From Octopus vulgaris (taxonomy: Eukaryota): DNA of 64,000 nt. Position 1 is the first letter of the stretch; each line of letters begins with the position of its first letter. Location of the stretch: NCBI GenBank assembly GCA_951406725.2, contig OX597840.1, positions 4,526,001-4,590,000 on the forward strand, in the 5' to 3' direction. Made by a program: the position numbers and the translations under genes. The notes under the pieces are model-generated. The model ran no database searches, was not told where the DNA came from, and was given only the letters and a program-made list of their open reading frames with translations. This document shows positions 1 to 14,687 of this stretch, piece by piece.

Positions 1-95
1 ATATATATATATATATATATACACATATATGAATACGCATACATACATATGCACACATTCACATTTACATAACGAGAGAGAGAGAGAGCAACAGT

Positions 96-1793
96 TTGAT
101 AGGTAAGATATATAAGAACCAACACGTTGCCAGACAAAGGAAGCATGTATGCAAACAGACGGACTGTCAGACAGGTAGACAGACAGACAGAGAGGGCACG
201 TGCAGCCAGCAAGCCAGACAGACAGAGGAAAGATGCGGCCCGAGAGAGAGGCAGTCAGGCAGACAGACATACCAGACAGCCAGACGGACAGCGCAGGCGG
301 ACAGACAGACAGACCAGCGGAAGCGTGCAGGCGGCCAGCCGGACAGACATACCAGTCACGCAGGGGCAGGCAGACAGGCCGACAGAAAGGCATTCGAAAG
401 CAGGTATGGCAGTTTTGAGGACGAGTGGTGGTGGTGGCGGCGGTGGTGGTGGCGGTGGGTGGTGGTGGCGGTGGTGGTGGTGGTGGTGGACGTGGGTGGT
501 AGGATGAGGTGAAAGATGAGGAAGAAGATGTGAAGGGTAAAAGAAAAAGTGAGGGTGAGAAAGAAAGAGAGAGAGAAAAAGAAAGAGAGAGAGAGACAGA
601 AAGAAAGAGAGAAAAAGAGAATACGTGTGTTTGAGAGATAGATATACACATACACTCAGAGAGAGAGAGAGAATTTGAGAAAGTTTTAGAAAGATTGGAA
701 ATGTGTAGAGGAAAAAGTGAGAAAGACGGGAAGAAGATATAATAAAGAGAGAAAAAACGAGGGGAATAAAAAGGAAAGAGAGAGAGAAGTAAAAGAAGGA
801 AAGGCAAAGATAGAGAGGGAGAAGTAAAAGAAGGAAAAGTAAAGACAGAGAGAGGGAGAAGTAAAAGAAGAAAAGGCAGAGAGAGACGAGAGGGAGTGTT
901 TAGTTAGAAAGAGGAAGAGGATGAGGACGCTAGAGATTGTGATAAGGTCGTCGAGGGAGGAGGAAGGGGAGGCAAGTACTGTCGGCCAATCTCGTTGGTT
1001 GACGGAGGGAAAAGTTACTTATTTAGCCTAACCTAGATAATAATAATAATAATAAATCTCTCTGTCTCTCTCTCTCTTTCACTCACTCTCTCTTTATATA
1101 TTACTCTATCACTCATTCTCACGTGTGTCTTTCACCATCTGTGTATCTTTTACTCTCTCTGCATATCACTCTATCGCTCACTTACTCCCTATCTGATTCA
1201 GTATATATCACTCACTCACTCCCTCTCTGTATCTTTCGCCATCTGTGTATCTTTTACTCTCTCTGCATATCACTCTATCGCTCACTTACTCCCTATCTGA
1301 TTCAGTATATATCACTCCCTCACTCTGTGTATCTTTCACCATCTGTGTATCTTTTCCTCTCTCTGCATATTACTCTATCGCTCACTTACTCCCTATCTGA
1401 TTCAGTATACATCCCTCCCTCCCTCTCTATATCTCTCACTCACTCACTCTATGCCTGTTATCTTTCACCGTCTTTATCTATAACTATTACTCATTCACCC
1501 ACCCCTCTCTCTTTGTATATCTCTCTATCTAACACTCACCCCCTCTCTGTTTCTTTCTCTCACTCTCTCACACTCATTATATTAAGCATATAACAGGCCA
1601 CAACGGGTCTCTCCTCCGTTATCTTCGGGGTTAACAAAAAAAGAGAAAAACACACACAAAAAAAAACTGTAAAAAAGCTAAGGGCATGGCCGAGCTCTGA
1701 TCCTTTATTTTACCCCTTTTTTTCTCCAAAAAAAAAAAATTGCTTTCTTTTTAAAACACGTCTTGGATTTGAGGGATTTCTCTATAATTTCGC
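96..1793 (+). promoter_or_regulatory. Candidate promoter / non-coding first-exon region
   Basis: GC/CpG-richer, TE-free segment with (ACAG)n, (GGT)n and GA-rich tracts, then CT-rich tracts. It ends at a consensus donor cgc|GTAAGT at 1794. Inference only. Confidence 0.3.
1120..1430. repeat. Tandem repeat, ~100-bp unit x3
   Basis: ccatctgtgtatcttttactctctctgcatatcactctatcgctcacttactccctatctgattcagtata recurs at about 1135, 1239 and 1338. Confidence 0.85.
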
Positions 1794-2989
1794 GTAAGTA
1801 ATTAATAATTAAAATTTAATCAAAGCACTCACATGAAACTTAATTAAAGCCATTATATGAATATATATATATATAGTAAATTAAAATGTTGAAAAAATAT
1901 ACACCTACACTATACACACACACAAACATATATATATATATATATGTGTATATATATATGTATATATATGTGTGTATATTTAATTAGTTTTTATTTATGT
2001 TAATACAAAAAGAGAGAATATAAGTTTATATATGGAGTTTATATATTGTTGACAAACATACATGATATTGTGTTTATATATACATATCTGTTGAGTTCAT
2101 GTGTGTATCTATATATTTATATATACCTATATATATATATACTTTATGCAGAATCTATCTATCTATATATCTATATATATATCTATATATATATATATGC
2201 AGAATCTATCTATCTATATATATATATATATGTGTATATATATATATATGCAGAAACTTATGTCGGGTTTATACATACCTATCTGTTGAGTGTGTGTATA
2301 TATATTATATATATACATATATATATATGTATGTATATATAATCTTTTGAAACTTCTGTTTCTTTATGGATCTATATACATGTTAAATCAACCTTATCTG
2401 TGATATGAATTTGTTTAATTGCCTAATTACTCCAAATGTGTCTATTCTTCATTATATATATATGTATATATAATAGTTTTAAAAGCCTGCCTCTCTGTGT
2501 GTGTGTGTGTGTGTGTGTGTATATCTATATATATATTTATATGTGTGTGTATTTCTTCCTGAAATTCTTGTTGTCTGTCTGTTCGTCCTGCTATCTTCCT
2601 CCTCCTCTGGTGTCTATATACACATTACACACACACATAAAGTATATGTCATATATATGTATATATATACATACATACATATATATGTATATTTCATTCC
2701 ACAACTAGACCATTATGGAGTCAAACATACTTATAAACTTATAGACACACAAACTTTTATATACAAATAAGTTTTATATGAAAAGTTTTAATAAATTTCC
2801 CCCCTCCTCTCTCTCTCTTATCCGGTCGATTCAGGTCGGAAAAAGTTTTTTTAACTATTTTAAACTATTTTTTCGTTCTTTTATTTAAAATAGTTTGTTG
2901 TTTTTTTAAATTTCATTGTATTTTTTCACTTGTTGGCTGCAAGTAGTTTATATTATAACAACAGTTGTATTTATTCAGAGTTCTTAGCT

Positions 2990-5010
<2,021 letters not shown>

Positions 5011-5558
5011 TACATAGAGATGTGCTTTTTCTAACGGCCTTACCAGAATCCTCTAAGTTTGAAGAATTTCACAAACAGTCTTATTGTCTGCATATGTATC
5101 ATACACACACTCAAATATGTGTGTATATTAGCGCACACACATACACACACACACATTCTTTATCCATGTTTGTCGGTTGGTAACGTCTTTGGGTAGGCAT
5201 TTGCGTCGGTATAATAAGTACACAAAATATATTCATCATAGTTTTTAGAAAAGAGATGACAAAATACATTCACTCACACGAATATTACACGGGAAAAGTG
5301 ATATATGTATTATATTTCTGTACTTGTTTCAGTAATTTGACCGCTGCCATGCTGGAGCACCGCCTTAAAGGGTGTTTAGTGTAAGAAATCGACCCCTCCC
5401 AGGCCATATTCTTTGTAAGCGTAGTACTTATTCTATCGGTTTCTTTTGTCGAATCACTAAGTTACGAGAACAAACACATCGGCATCAGTTGTCAAGCAAT
5501 GTCAGGGGGATAGACATTGCACGCACAAATATACATATATAGGCAGAGGTAAAGACGG

Positions 5559-5900
5559 GGAGGCGCAGTGGCCCAGTGGTTAGGGCAGCGGACTCGCGGT
5601 TTCGATTACCGTTGTATATATAAATATATAGGCAGAGGTAAAGACAGATGCGCAATGGCTCAGTGGTTAGGTCTGGTAATCGAAACTCGCGGTTTCGATT
5701 ACCAGACCGGGCGTTGTGAGTGTTTATTGAGCGAAAACACTTAAAGCTCCACGAGGCTCCGGCAGGGGGTGGGTGGCGAACCCTGCTGTACTCTTTCACC
5801 ACAACTTTCTCTAATTGTTCCTGTTTCTGTTGTATAGTTCCTGTTTCTGTTGTGTCACGCTGAATCTCCCCGAGAACTATGTTAAGCGTACACGTGTCTG
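5559..5900 (+). mobile_element. tRNA-derived SINE (family D) with a duplicated head, nested in a minus-strand family A SINE (about 5320-6005)
   Basis: ggaggcgcagtggcccagtggttagggcagcggactcgcggtttcgattacc occurs twice; the body matches 30341-30635. Confidence 0.7.
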
Positions 5901-6003
5901 TGATACACGACGGGCTTCTTTCAGTTTCCGTCTACCAAATCCGTTTCCGTCCGGCCCGAGACTATAGTAGAACTGAACCCGGAACCTTATCACACAGCCA
6001 CGC

Positions 6004-6034
<31 letters not shown>

Positions 6035-6039
6035 GTCCT

Positions 6040-6217
6040 ATAAAGTTAATCCAAACAAGAAAACACACAAAAAAAAACAACAACGCGAGGACGTGGAACA
6101 AATATAGTATTATTGGACGCTCAGGGAAGAAGGGTTTAACGTTTCGAGCGGAGCTCTTCGTCAAAAACATAGAAGGAAAGATCCCGAGAAGGGAAGACAG
6201 AGGAAAAAAAATCGCCA
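6040..6217 (-). mobile_element. Penelope-like terminal repeat fragment with hammerhead-like motif
   Basis: Same family as 26250-26440 and 46668-46850. Reverse complement reads gttt-TTGACGAA-gagc-tcc-gctc-GAAA-cg-tt-aaac. Confidence 0.6.
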
Positions 6218-6489
6218 TATATATATATACACACATGTACACTGTGTAATTTGGGACCTAGTTATATAGACATTCTATTTGGTTATGTGTAACTTTTACA
6301 GCCTCATGTATGTATGTATATGATGCACGGTAGGAAAATAGCTCAACTGATGAATATGAGTGATTCTGGGAGATACTGTGATATAAATAGCCAACGTATA
6401 TATTGCTCTCGTACACGCTCAGGCAAGACTTCCTTTTGTATGCCACCCCACAAAAAACACCCCTTTTTTAATTTTTTCTTTTTTTTTCT

Positions 6490-6920
6490 TTACAAACCCC
6501 CGTTTTCGGCTACGGAGTATACGAATCGGCAAAAAAAATTAGCAAAAATTGGCATTTTGAAATTACCCCCTCCCCTTCCATAATTTCTTCATTTTAAACT
6601 TTTTTCAGAATTTTTTTTTTTTTTTTTCCCCAAAATATGCGGAAACATGCGGAGATTATAATTCTGAAAAGAATTTCCAAAAGTTTTTGTAGAAAATTTT
6701 TTTTCAGAAATTAAAAAAAAAAAAAAAAAAGAGAAAAATACGGAGATTATGATTCTGAAAAACAAAAATTCCAGAAATTTTTATAGTTACGGTTTGGGCT
6801 TTAGGGTTACGGAAAAAAAGTGAAAAATGAAGAAATTGGGGCGGGCAAAGGGGGGGGGGGGGCAAATTTCAAAATGCCAATTTTTGGCAATTTTCCGGAA
6901 TTCGAAAATGGGGGTTTTTG
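6490..6920. mobile_element. MITE-like element with long imperfect inverted repeats
   Basis: aaaaattggcattttgaaatt..ccccc..atttcttcatttt versus aaaatgaagaaatt..ggggg..aatttcaaaatgccaattttt. Confidence 0.5.
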
Positions 6921-7466
6921 GAAAAAAAAGAAAAATTGGGAGAAAATGGGGTACACTCTTATATTTTACATATTTAATAATTGTGTGTGTGTATGTATGT
7001 ATATATATTCGTGCACGCGTATGCATACGTTAGTAACGAACTGGAAAAATAAGTTCTGAAAACCTGAAAAGTGGCTAAATATTCGTTTCAACAGAATTTT
7101 TGTGATATTTCTGGAACCTGAAGTTTCCTGCTGGAAGGACTTCAGTATTTTTTCCTTTCAACTAATGTCATTGTGTGCGTATACTCTCGCTTCAGTCATC
7201 TAGGTTTCAGACCCTAGATGTTATTTTTAACCTTGGTACATATTCTTTTTGATCTGTTTTTGATGAACCACTAAATTTATGTGGACATGAACAACCTGAC
7301 AACTGTCTAGTTTTCAGATAGAATGTATACTCTTACTCTCTTTTAATCTTTTACTTGTTTCAGTCATTTGACTGCGGTCATGCTGGAGCACCACCTTTAG
7401 TCGAGCAAATCGATCCCAGGTCTTATTCTTTGTAAGCCCAGTACTTATTCTATCGGTCTCTTTTGC

Positions 7467-10400
7467 CGTCAAAAGCACTGGTGATGGTTCCACGTCAAAA
7501 GCACTGGTGATGGTGCCTCGTCAAAAGCACTGGTGATGGTTCCACGTCAAAAGCACTGGTGATGGTGCCACATCAAAAGCACTGGTGATGGTGCCACGTC
7601 AAAAGCACTGGTGATGGTGCCTCGTCAAAAGCACTGGTGATGGTGCCACGTCAAAAGCACTGGTGATGGTGCCACGTCAAAAGCACTGGTGATGGTGCCA
7701 AGTCAAAAGCACTGGTGATGGTGCCACGTCAAAAGCACTGGTGATGGTGCCACATCAAAAGCACTGGTGATGGTGCCACGTCAAAAGCACTGGTGATGGT
7801 GCCATAGTCAAAAGCACTGGTGATGGTGCCACGTCAAAAGCACTGGTGATGGTGCCACGTCAAAAGCACTGGTGATGGTGCCACGTCAAAAGCACTGGTG
7901 ATGGTGCCACGTCAAAAGCACTGGTGATGGTGCCACGTCAAAAGCACTGGTGATGGTGCCACGTCAAAAGCACTGGTGATGGTGCCTCGTCAAAAGCACT
8001 GGTGATGGTGCCAAGTCAAAAGCACTGGTGATGGTGCCTCGTCAAAAGCACTGGTGATGGTGCCTCGTCAAAAGCACTGGTGATGGTGCCTCGTCAAAAG
8101 CACTGGTGATGGTGCCTGTCAAAAGCACTGGTGATGGTGCGTCAAAAGCACTGGTGATGGTGCCACATCAAAAGCGTGATGGTGCCTCGTCAAAAGCACT
8201 GGTGATGGTGCCACGTCAAAAGCACTGGTGATGGTGCCACGTCAAAAGCACTGGTGATGGTGCCACGTCAAAAGCACTGGTGATGGTTCCACGTCAAAAG
8301 CACTGGTGATGGTTCCACGTCAAAGCACTGGTGATGGTGCCACGTCAAAAGCACTGGTGATGGTGCCACATCAAAAGCACTGGTGATGGTGCCACGTAAA
8401 AGCACTGGTGATGGTGCCACGTCAAAAGCACTGGTGATGGTGCCACATCAAAAGCACTGGTGATGGTGCCTCGTCAAAAGCACTGGTGATGGTTCCACGT
8501 CAAAAGCACTGATGATGGTGCCACGTCAAAAGCACTGGTGATGGTGCCACGTCAAAAGCACTGGTGATGGTTCCACGTCAAAAGCACTGGTGATGGTTCC
8601 ACGTCAAAAGCACTGGTGATGGTGCCACGTCAAAAGCACTGGTGATGGTGCCACGTCAAAAGCACTGGTGATGGTGCCACGTCAAAAGCACTGGTGATGG
8701 TGCCACGTCAAAAGCACTGGTGATGGTTCCACGTCAAAAGCACTGGTGATGGTGCCTCGTCAAAAGCACTGGTGATGGTGCCACGTCAAAAGCACTGGTG
8801 ATGGTTCCACGTCAAAAGCACTGGTGATGGTGCCACGTCAAAAGCACTGGTGATGGTTCCACGTCAAAAGCACTGGTGATGGTTCCACGTCAAAAGCACT
8901 GGTGATGGTGCCTCGTCAAAAGCACTGGTGATGGTGCCACGTCAAAAGCACTGGTGATGGTGCCACGTCAAAAGCACTGGTGATGGTGCCTCGTCAAAAG
9001 CACTGGTGATGGTGCCACGTCAAAAGCACTGGTGATGGTGCCACGTCAAAAGCACTGGTGATGGTGCCACGTCAAAAGCACTGGTGATGGTGCCATGTCA
9101 AAAGCACTGGTGATGGTTCCACGTCAAAAGCACTGGTGATGGTGCCACGTCAAAAGCACTGGTGATGGTGCCACGTCAAAAGCACTGGTGATGGTGCCAC
9201 GTCAAAAGCACTGGTGATGGTGCCACGTCAAAAGCACTGGTGATGGTTCCACGTCAAAAAGCACTGGTGATGGTGCCACGTCAAAAGCACTGGTGATGGT
9301 TCCACGTCAAAAGCACTGGTGATGGTGCCACGTCAAAAGCACTGGTGATGGTGCCACGTAAAAGCACTGGTGATGGTGCCACGTCAAAAGCACTGGTGAT
9401 GGTTCCACGTCAAAAGCACTGATGATGGTGCCACGTCAAAAGCACTGGTGATGGTGCCACGTCAAAAGCGCTGGTGATGGTGCCACGTCAAAAGCACTGG
9501 TGATGGTGCCACGTCAAAAGCACTGGTGATGGTGCCACGTCAAAAGCACTGGTGATGGTGCCACGTCAAAAGCACTGGTGATGGTGCCACGTCAAAAGCA
9601 TGGTGATGGTGCCACGTCAAAAGCACTGGTGATGGTGCCACGTCAAAAGCACTGGTGATGGTGCCACGTCAAAAGCACTGGTGATGGTGCCACGTCAAAA
9701 GCACTGGTGATGGTGCCACGTAAAAAGCACTGGTGATGGTGCCACGTAAAAAGCACCGGTGATGGTGCCACGTAAAAAGCACTGGTGATGGTGCCACATA
9801 AAAGCACTGGTGATGGTGCCACGTAAAAAGCACTGATGATGGTGCCACATAAAAAGCACTGGTGATGGTGCCACATAAAAGCACTGGTGATGGTGCCACA
9901 TAAAAAGCATTGGTGATGGTGCCACATAAAAAGCACTGGTGATGGTGCCACATAAAAAGCACTGGTGATGGTGCCACGTCAAAAGCACTGGTGATGGTGC
10001 CTCGTCAAAAGCACTGGTGATGGTGCCATGTCAAAAGCACTGGTGATGGTGCCACCGTCAAAAGCACTGGTGATGGTGCCTCGTAAAAGCACTGGTGATG
10101 GTGCCTCGTCAAAAGCACTGGTGATGGTGCCACGTCAAAAGCACTGGTGATGGTGCCACGTCAAAAGCACTGGTGATGGTTCCAAAAGCACTGGTGATGG
10201 TTCCACGTCAAAAGCACTGGTGATGGTGCCACGTCAAAAGCACTGGTGATGGTGCCGTCAAAAGCACTGGTGATGGTGCCTCGTCAAAAGCACTGGTGAT
10301 GGTGCCACGTCAAAAGCACTGGTGATGTTGCCACGTCAAAAGCACTGGTGATGGTGCCACGTCAAAAGCACTGGTGATGGTGCCACGTCAAAAGCACTGG

Positions 10401-10970
10401 TGATGTTGCCACGTCAAAAGCACTGGTGATGTTGCCACGTCAAAAGCACTGGTGATGTTGCCACGTCAAAAGCACTGGTGATGTTGCCACGTCAAAAGCA
10501 CTGGTGATGGCGCCTTGTCAAAAGCACTAGTGATGGCGCCACGTCAAAAGCACTGGTGATGGTGCCACGTCAAAAGCACTGGTGATGGCGCCACGTCAAA
10601 AGCACTGGTGATGTTGCCACGTCAAAAGCACTGGTGATGGTGCCACGTCAAAAGCACTGGTGATGGTGCCACGTCAAAAGCACTGGTGATGTTGCCACGT
10701 CAAAAGCACTGGTGATGTTGCCACGTCAAAAGCACTGGTGATGTTGCCACGTCAAAAGCACTGGTGATGTTGCCACGTCAAAAGCACTGGTGATGGCGCC
10801 TTGTCAAAAGCACTGGTGATGGCGCCACGTCAAAAGCACTGGTGATGGCGCCACGTCAAAAGCACTGGTGATGGTGCCATGTCAAAAGCACTGGTGATGG
10901 TGCCACGTCAAAAGCACTGGTGATGGCGCCTCGTCAAAAGCACTGATGATGGCGCCTCGTCAAAAGCACT
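7467..10970. repeat. 26-bp minisatellite array, about 135 copies of CGTCAAAAGCACTGGTGATGGTGCCA
   Basis: Directly visible head-to-tail units with no spacers. Confidence 0.98.
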
Positions 10971-11231
10971 CAAAAAAGTGACTGGCATTAGGAAGGCGAT
11001 TCAGCTGCAGAAACCAAGTCCAAAGAGACAATGGAAGCTTCTGCAGGCCCTGGCCTTGCCACATCCTTTCAAGCTGTCCAACCCACCACAGCATGGAGAA
11101 CGGACATTAAATGTTGATGATATAGATGCATGGTGAACTTAGACCGATGGATACCCATTGGTGGGCAGGTCTTTTTGAGTACTTACTCAAGATGCACAAA
11201 CATGTATAAAATTCTAAAATTTAATGTTGAT

Positions 11232-12105
11232 CATCATCATCATCATCATTTAACGTCCGCTTTGCATGCTAGCATGGGTTGGACGATTTTGACAGAGGGC
11301 TGGTGAACCAGATGGCTGCACCAGGCTCCAATCTTGATTTGGCAGAGTTTTTACAGCTGGATGCCCTTCCTAATGCCAACCACTCCGAGAGTGTAGTGGG
11401 TGCTTTTTACGTGCCACCGGCATGGCGGCCAGTCAGGCGGTACTGGTAATGACCTCGCTCGAATCCTTTTACACATGCCTGTAAGGCGGCTTTGGTATTG
11501 TTCCCGCTCGAATGGTGCCCTCTTACGTGCCACTGGCAAGGAAGCCAGTTAGCTGCTCTGGCAACGATCACGCTCAGATGGTGCTCTTGGCACCCTACTA
11601 GCACAGGCATAAGTGCCAGTAAGGCAATGCTGGTAACGATCATGCTCGAATGGTGCCCTTTAAGTGCCACTGGCATGGAAGCCGGTGAGCCGCTCTGTCA
11701 GTGATCACGCTCGTATGGTGCTCTTGGCACCCTACTAGCACAGGCACAAGTGCCAGTAGGCGACGCTGGTAACGATCACGCTCGAATGGTGCCCTTTAAG
11801 TCCCACTGGCACGGGAGCTGGTTAGCCGCTCTGTCAATGATCACGCTCGTATGGTGCTCTTTGCACCCTGCTAGCATGGACGCCAGTCATCGAATTTGAT
11901 TTTGATTTTGATTTCACTTGCCACAACCGGTCTTCGCAAGCAAAGTTTTAGTGTCCAAAGAAGGAAAAGGTACGCATAAGTGGGCTGGTTACGCCCCTGG
12001 CATAGGCCACGAGATTATGGTCTCATTTGGCTTGCCGGGTCTTCTCACGCACGGTATATCTCCAAAAGTCTCGGTCACTAGTCACTTCCTTGGTGAGGCC
12101 AATCA
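11232..12105 (-). mobile_element. RTE-clade LINE 3' UTR remnant (family C) with internal ~60-bp subrepeats
   Basis: (CAT)n tail plus tttaacgtccgct..ggatgcccttcctaatgccaaccactccg; matches the 3' end of the RT-bearing copy at 55123-57030. Confidence 0.8.
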
Positions 12106-12529
12106 TCGATTTTGATTTTGCTTTTGAATGATTTCACTTGCCTCGATATATTTACAATTTTAACCTCACCCTTGAATGTAAACGAGTGTAAACAAAAATC
12201 TGTCATTCAATGCGCAGGAAATGAAACATACAATACTCTAACAATACTCAAATATTTCTGTCCACAGAGATGCAAATATTTGTTTACATTTGTCTCTGTT
12301 TCATAATGAAGTTAACTGTTTGGCAAACTCTAAATTAATTTTCAGCTTATCCAGTCGTCTGTGGCATGTGTAATTAATTTATATATGCATGCACACGTGT
12401 GTGTGTGTGTGGGTATCATCATCATTTGATGTCTGTTTTCCATGCTGGCATGGGTTGGATGATTTCACAGGAGGTGACCAGCTGAAGGGCTGTTCAGGCT
12501 CCATGTCTGTTTCGGCATGGTTTCTATAG

Positions 12530-12846
12530 CTTCTTGTGGAAGTGTCATCCAACCAAAGTACAAATATATGAGAAACTACCACCTGTGTCATCTCTTGTGA
12601 AAGGTAGGAGAGTCCAGTTTGCTGGACATTGTTGTAGAGCTGAAAAAGAGGTAATTTCTACTCTTCTCCTCTGGAAGCCATCTACTCGCAATACCAGAGG
12701 GCGCACCCTCTCCTACCCTGATGTAATCTCTAGAGATACAGGCATCTAGCAACAGGACCTCCGTAATGCTATGATGGACCGTGAAGTCTGGCGTAGCATG
12801 GTAAATTCCATTGTCTCGACCACGGTCGAATAATGATGATGATGAT
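12530..12846 (+). mobile_element. LINE 3' end fragment (family F, RTE-like) with (GAT)n tail
   Basis: Encodes HPTKVQIYEKLPPVSSLVKGRRVQFAGHCCRA, the same as the ORF at 21524-21997. Confidence 0.8.
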
Positions 12847-12855
12847 AGCCTGATA

Positions 12856-13090
12856 AGGCGTCGAGCTGGCAGAAACGTTAGCACACCAGGTGAAATGCTT
12901 AGCGGTATTTCGTCTGCCGTTATGTTCTGAGTTTGAATTCCGCCGAGGTCGACTTTGCCTTTCGTCCTTTTGGGGTCGACAAATTAAGTATCATTTACGC
13001 ACTTGGGTCGATGTAATCGACTTAATACCTATGTCTGTCCTTGTTTGTCCCCTCTATGTTTAGCCCCTTGTGGGTAATAAAGAAATAGGT
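12856..13090 (+). mobile_element. tRNA-derived SINE (family B)
   Basis: ggcg.cgagctggcagaaacgttagcac..gagtttgaattccgccgaggtcgactttgcctt..ggggtcga; several copies in the window. Confidence 0.8.
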
Positions 13091-13356
13091 TTCTGTAGCC
13101 TGATGACTTTCCTAACCACTTTACAGAGTACACTGGGTGCTCTTTACGCAACGTTGGCACGGGTGCCTTTTAGGTGGCACCAGCACCTATGAACCCGCAA
13201 GATTAGGGATACTCGGCTGGAGGGAGTTGCAGAGGACGAGCCTGTGTGCAAGGGCAGCCACACTTAGCTTGACGCGCTTTTTCAAGCATAGCAAACTGTG
13301 AGGAGTCTTGGTCCCCTATATATAAAATCATGTGTATGAGTGTGTCTGTGTGTATA

Positions 13357-13630
13357 TCATCATCATCATTGTTTAGCGTCCGCTTTCCATGCTAGCATGG
13401 GTTGGACGGTTTAACTGGGGTCTGGGAAGCCAGAAGGCTGCACCAGGCCCAGTCTGATCTGGCAATGTTTCTATGGCTGGATGCCCTTCCTAACGCCAAC
13501 CACTCCGTGAGTGTAGTGGGTGCTTTTTACGAGCCACCGGCAGAGGGGCCAGTCGGGGTGGCGCTGGCAACGGCCACGTTCGGATGGTGCTTCTTACGTA
13601 CCACTGGCACTGGTATCACAGCTGCAATTT
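13357..13630 (-). mobile_element. RTE LINE 3' end (family C)
   Basis: (CAT)n plus the conserved family C 3' sequence. Confidence 0.75.
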
Positions 13631-13964
13631 CCATGACAAAAGGATGAATGAGACCTCGATATTATGTAAATAGAGGAATTTATATATGTGTATAGTGTAG
13701 GACAATTAGTAAGTTGCCATAATAAAAGTCAGTTTTGGATGTTGGGGCTGAAGTCTTCTCTGGCATCTCTTCAGTTAAGACAAAAACTCTGAAAAAATAA
13801 ACCGTTGAATAAAGGGAAGTTGCTCCAATAGGCATGGGGAAAGGAAAATTTTGTTCATAGAATCTGCATATGCACACATGTGCATGCATATACATAAACA
13901 CATGCACACGCATGTGTGTGTATGTATGTATATATATTTATTATTATTATTATTATTATTATCA

Positions 13965-14245
13965 TTATAGTTTTTACGTATTTTTGTATTCTTATTCGTG
14001 TAACATCGTCCAGTTTTCCGTCCTTGTTTTGTATACATTCGAGGCTTTCTTCCAAGGAATCTAATGCGCTTGGCTTAGATTTTCCTTTGGGGCTGGCCAG
14101 ATCGGAGCAATCACAAGATAAATCAGCCGAAATTGCGAAGATGATCTGGTTCTTGACTGAAGATTGAAGGCTTCGAATGTCCCGTCTGTGTTTTTTGTAT
14201 CGTCTTCTAAATGTTTTACGTTCTTGTCCCAGTTTGTATTTTTTT
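13965..14245. mobile_element. Dispersed repeat, probably a Penelope-like terminal repeat
   Basis: Related to 31700-31805 and 43103-43225; contains CTGAAGA..CGAA. Confidence 0.45.
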
Positions 14246-14295
14246 ACATATATATATATATAGCGGCGCCCGTACCCTTTTGGTCTTATATGTAA

Positions 14296-14343
<48 letters not shown>

Positions 14344-14687
14344 GTGTACATATACACACACACATCTACACACTTGTCCATGCACTCATTCTGTTCATGT
14401 ACACATCTCTATATGCACATGTGGATATACAAAACCATGCATATACATGTACAAATATACACACACACACATGTATAAATATGTAGTCAACATCATCCTT
14501 GTGTAGATATATAGACGTTTATACAAATAAAAACACATACACAAAAACACAAACTGTAAACACATTATTCACATTCACCACAAAACTGGAATATACACGA
14601 GTTATGTATGTATAGCGGTGCATATACACACACACACACACACAAATGCACCCTCCTGTCTGTCAAACACACCAAACGTAAATATAT

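Noticed and set aside
96-655. ORFs with poly-G/W/H/T tracts
   Set aside because: Derived from (ACAG)n and (GGT)n simple repeats; no domain evidence
6787-6812. Telomere-like ttaggg
   Set aside because: Single degenerate unit inside a MITE-like element
7467-10970. CRISPR-like array
   Set aside because: Units are contiguous with no unique spacers, there are no cas genes, and the context is eukaryotic
14155-14185. Hammerhead in ctgaagattgaaggcttcgaatgtc (also 43135 and 52067)
   Set aside because: The GAAA box or stems are not convincingly formed; at best degenerate
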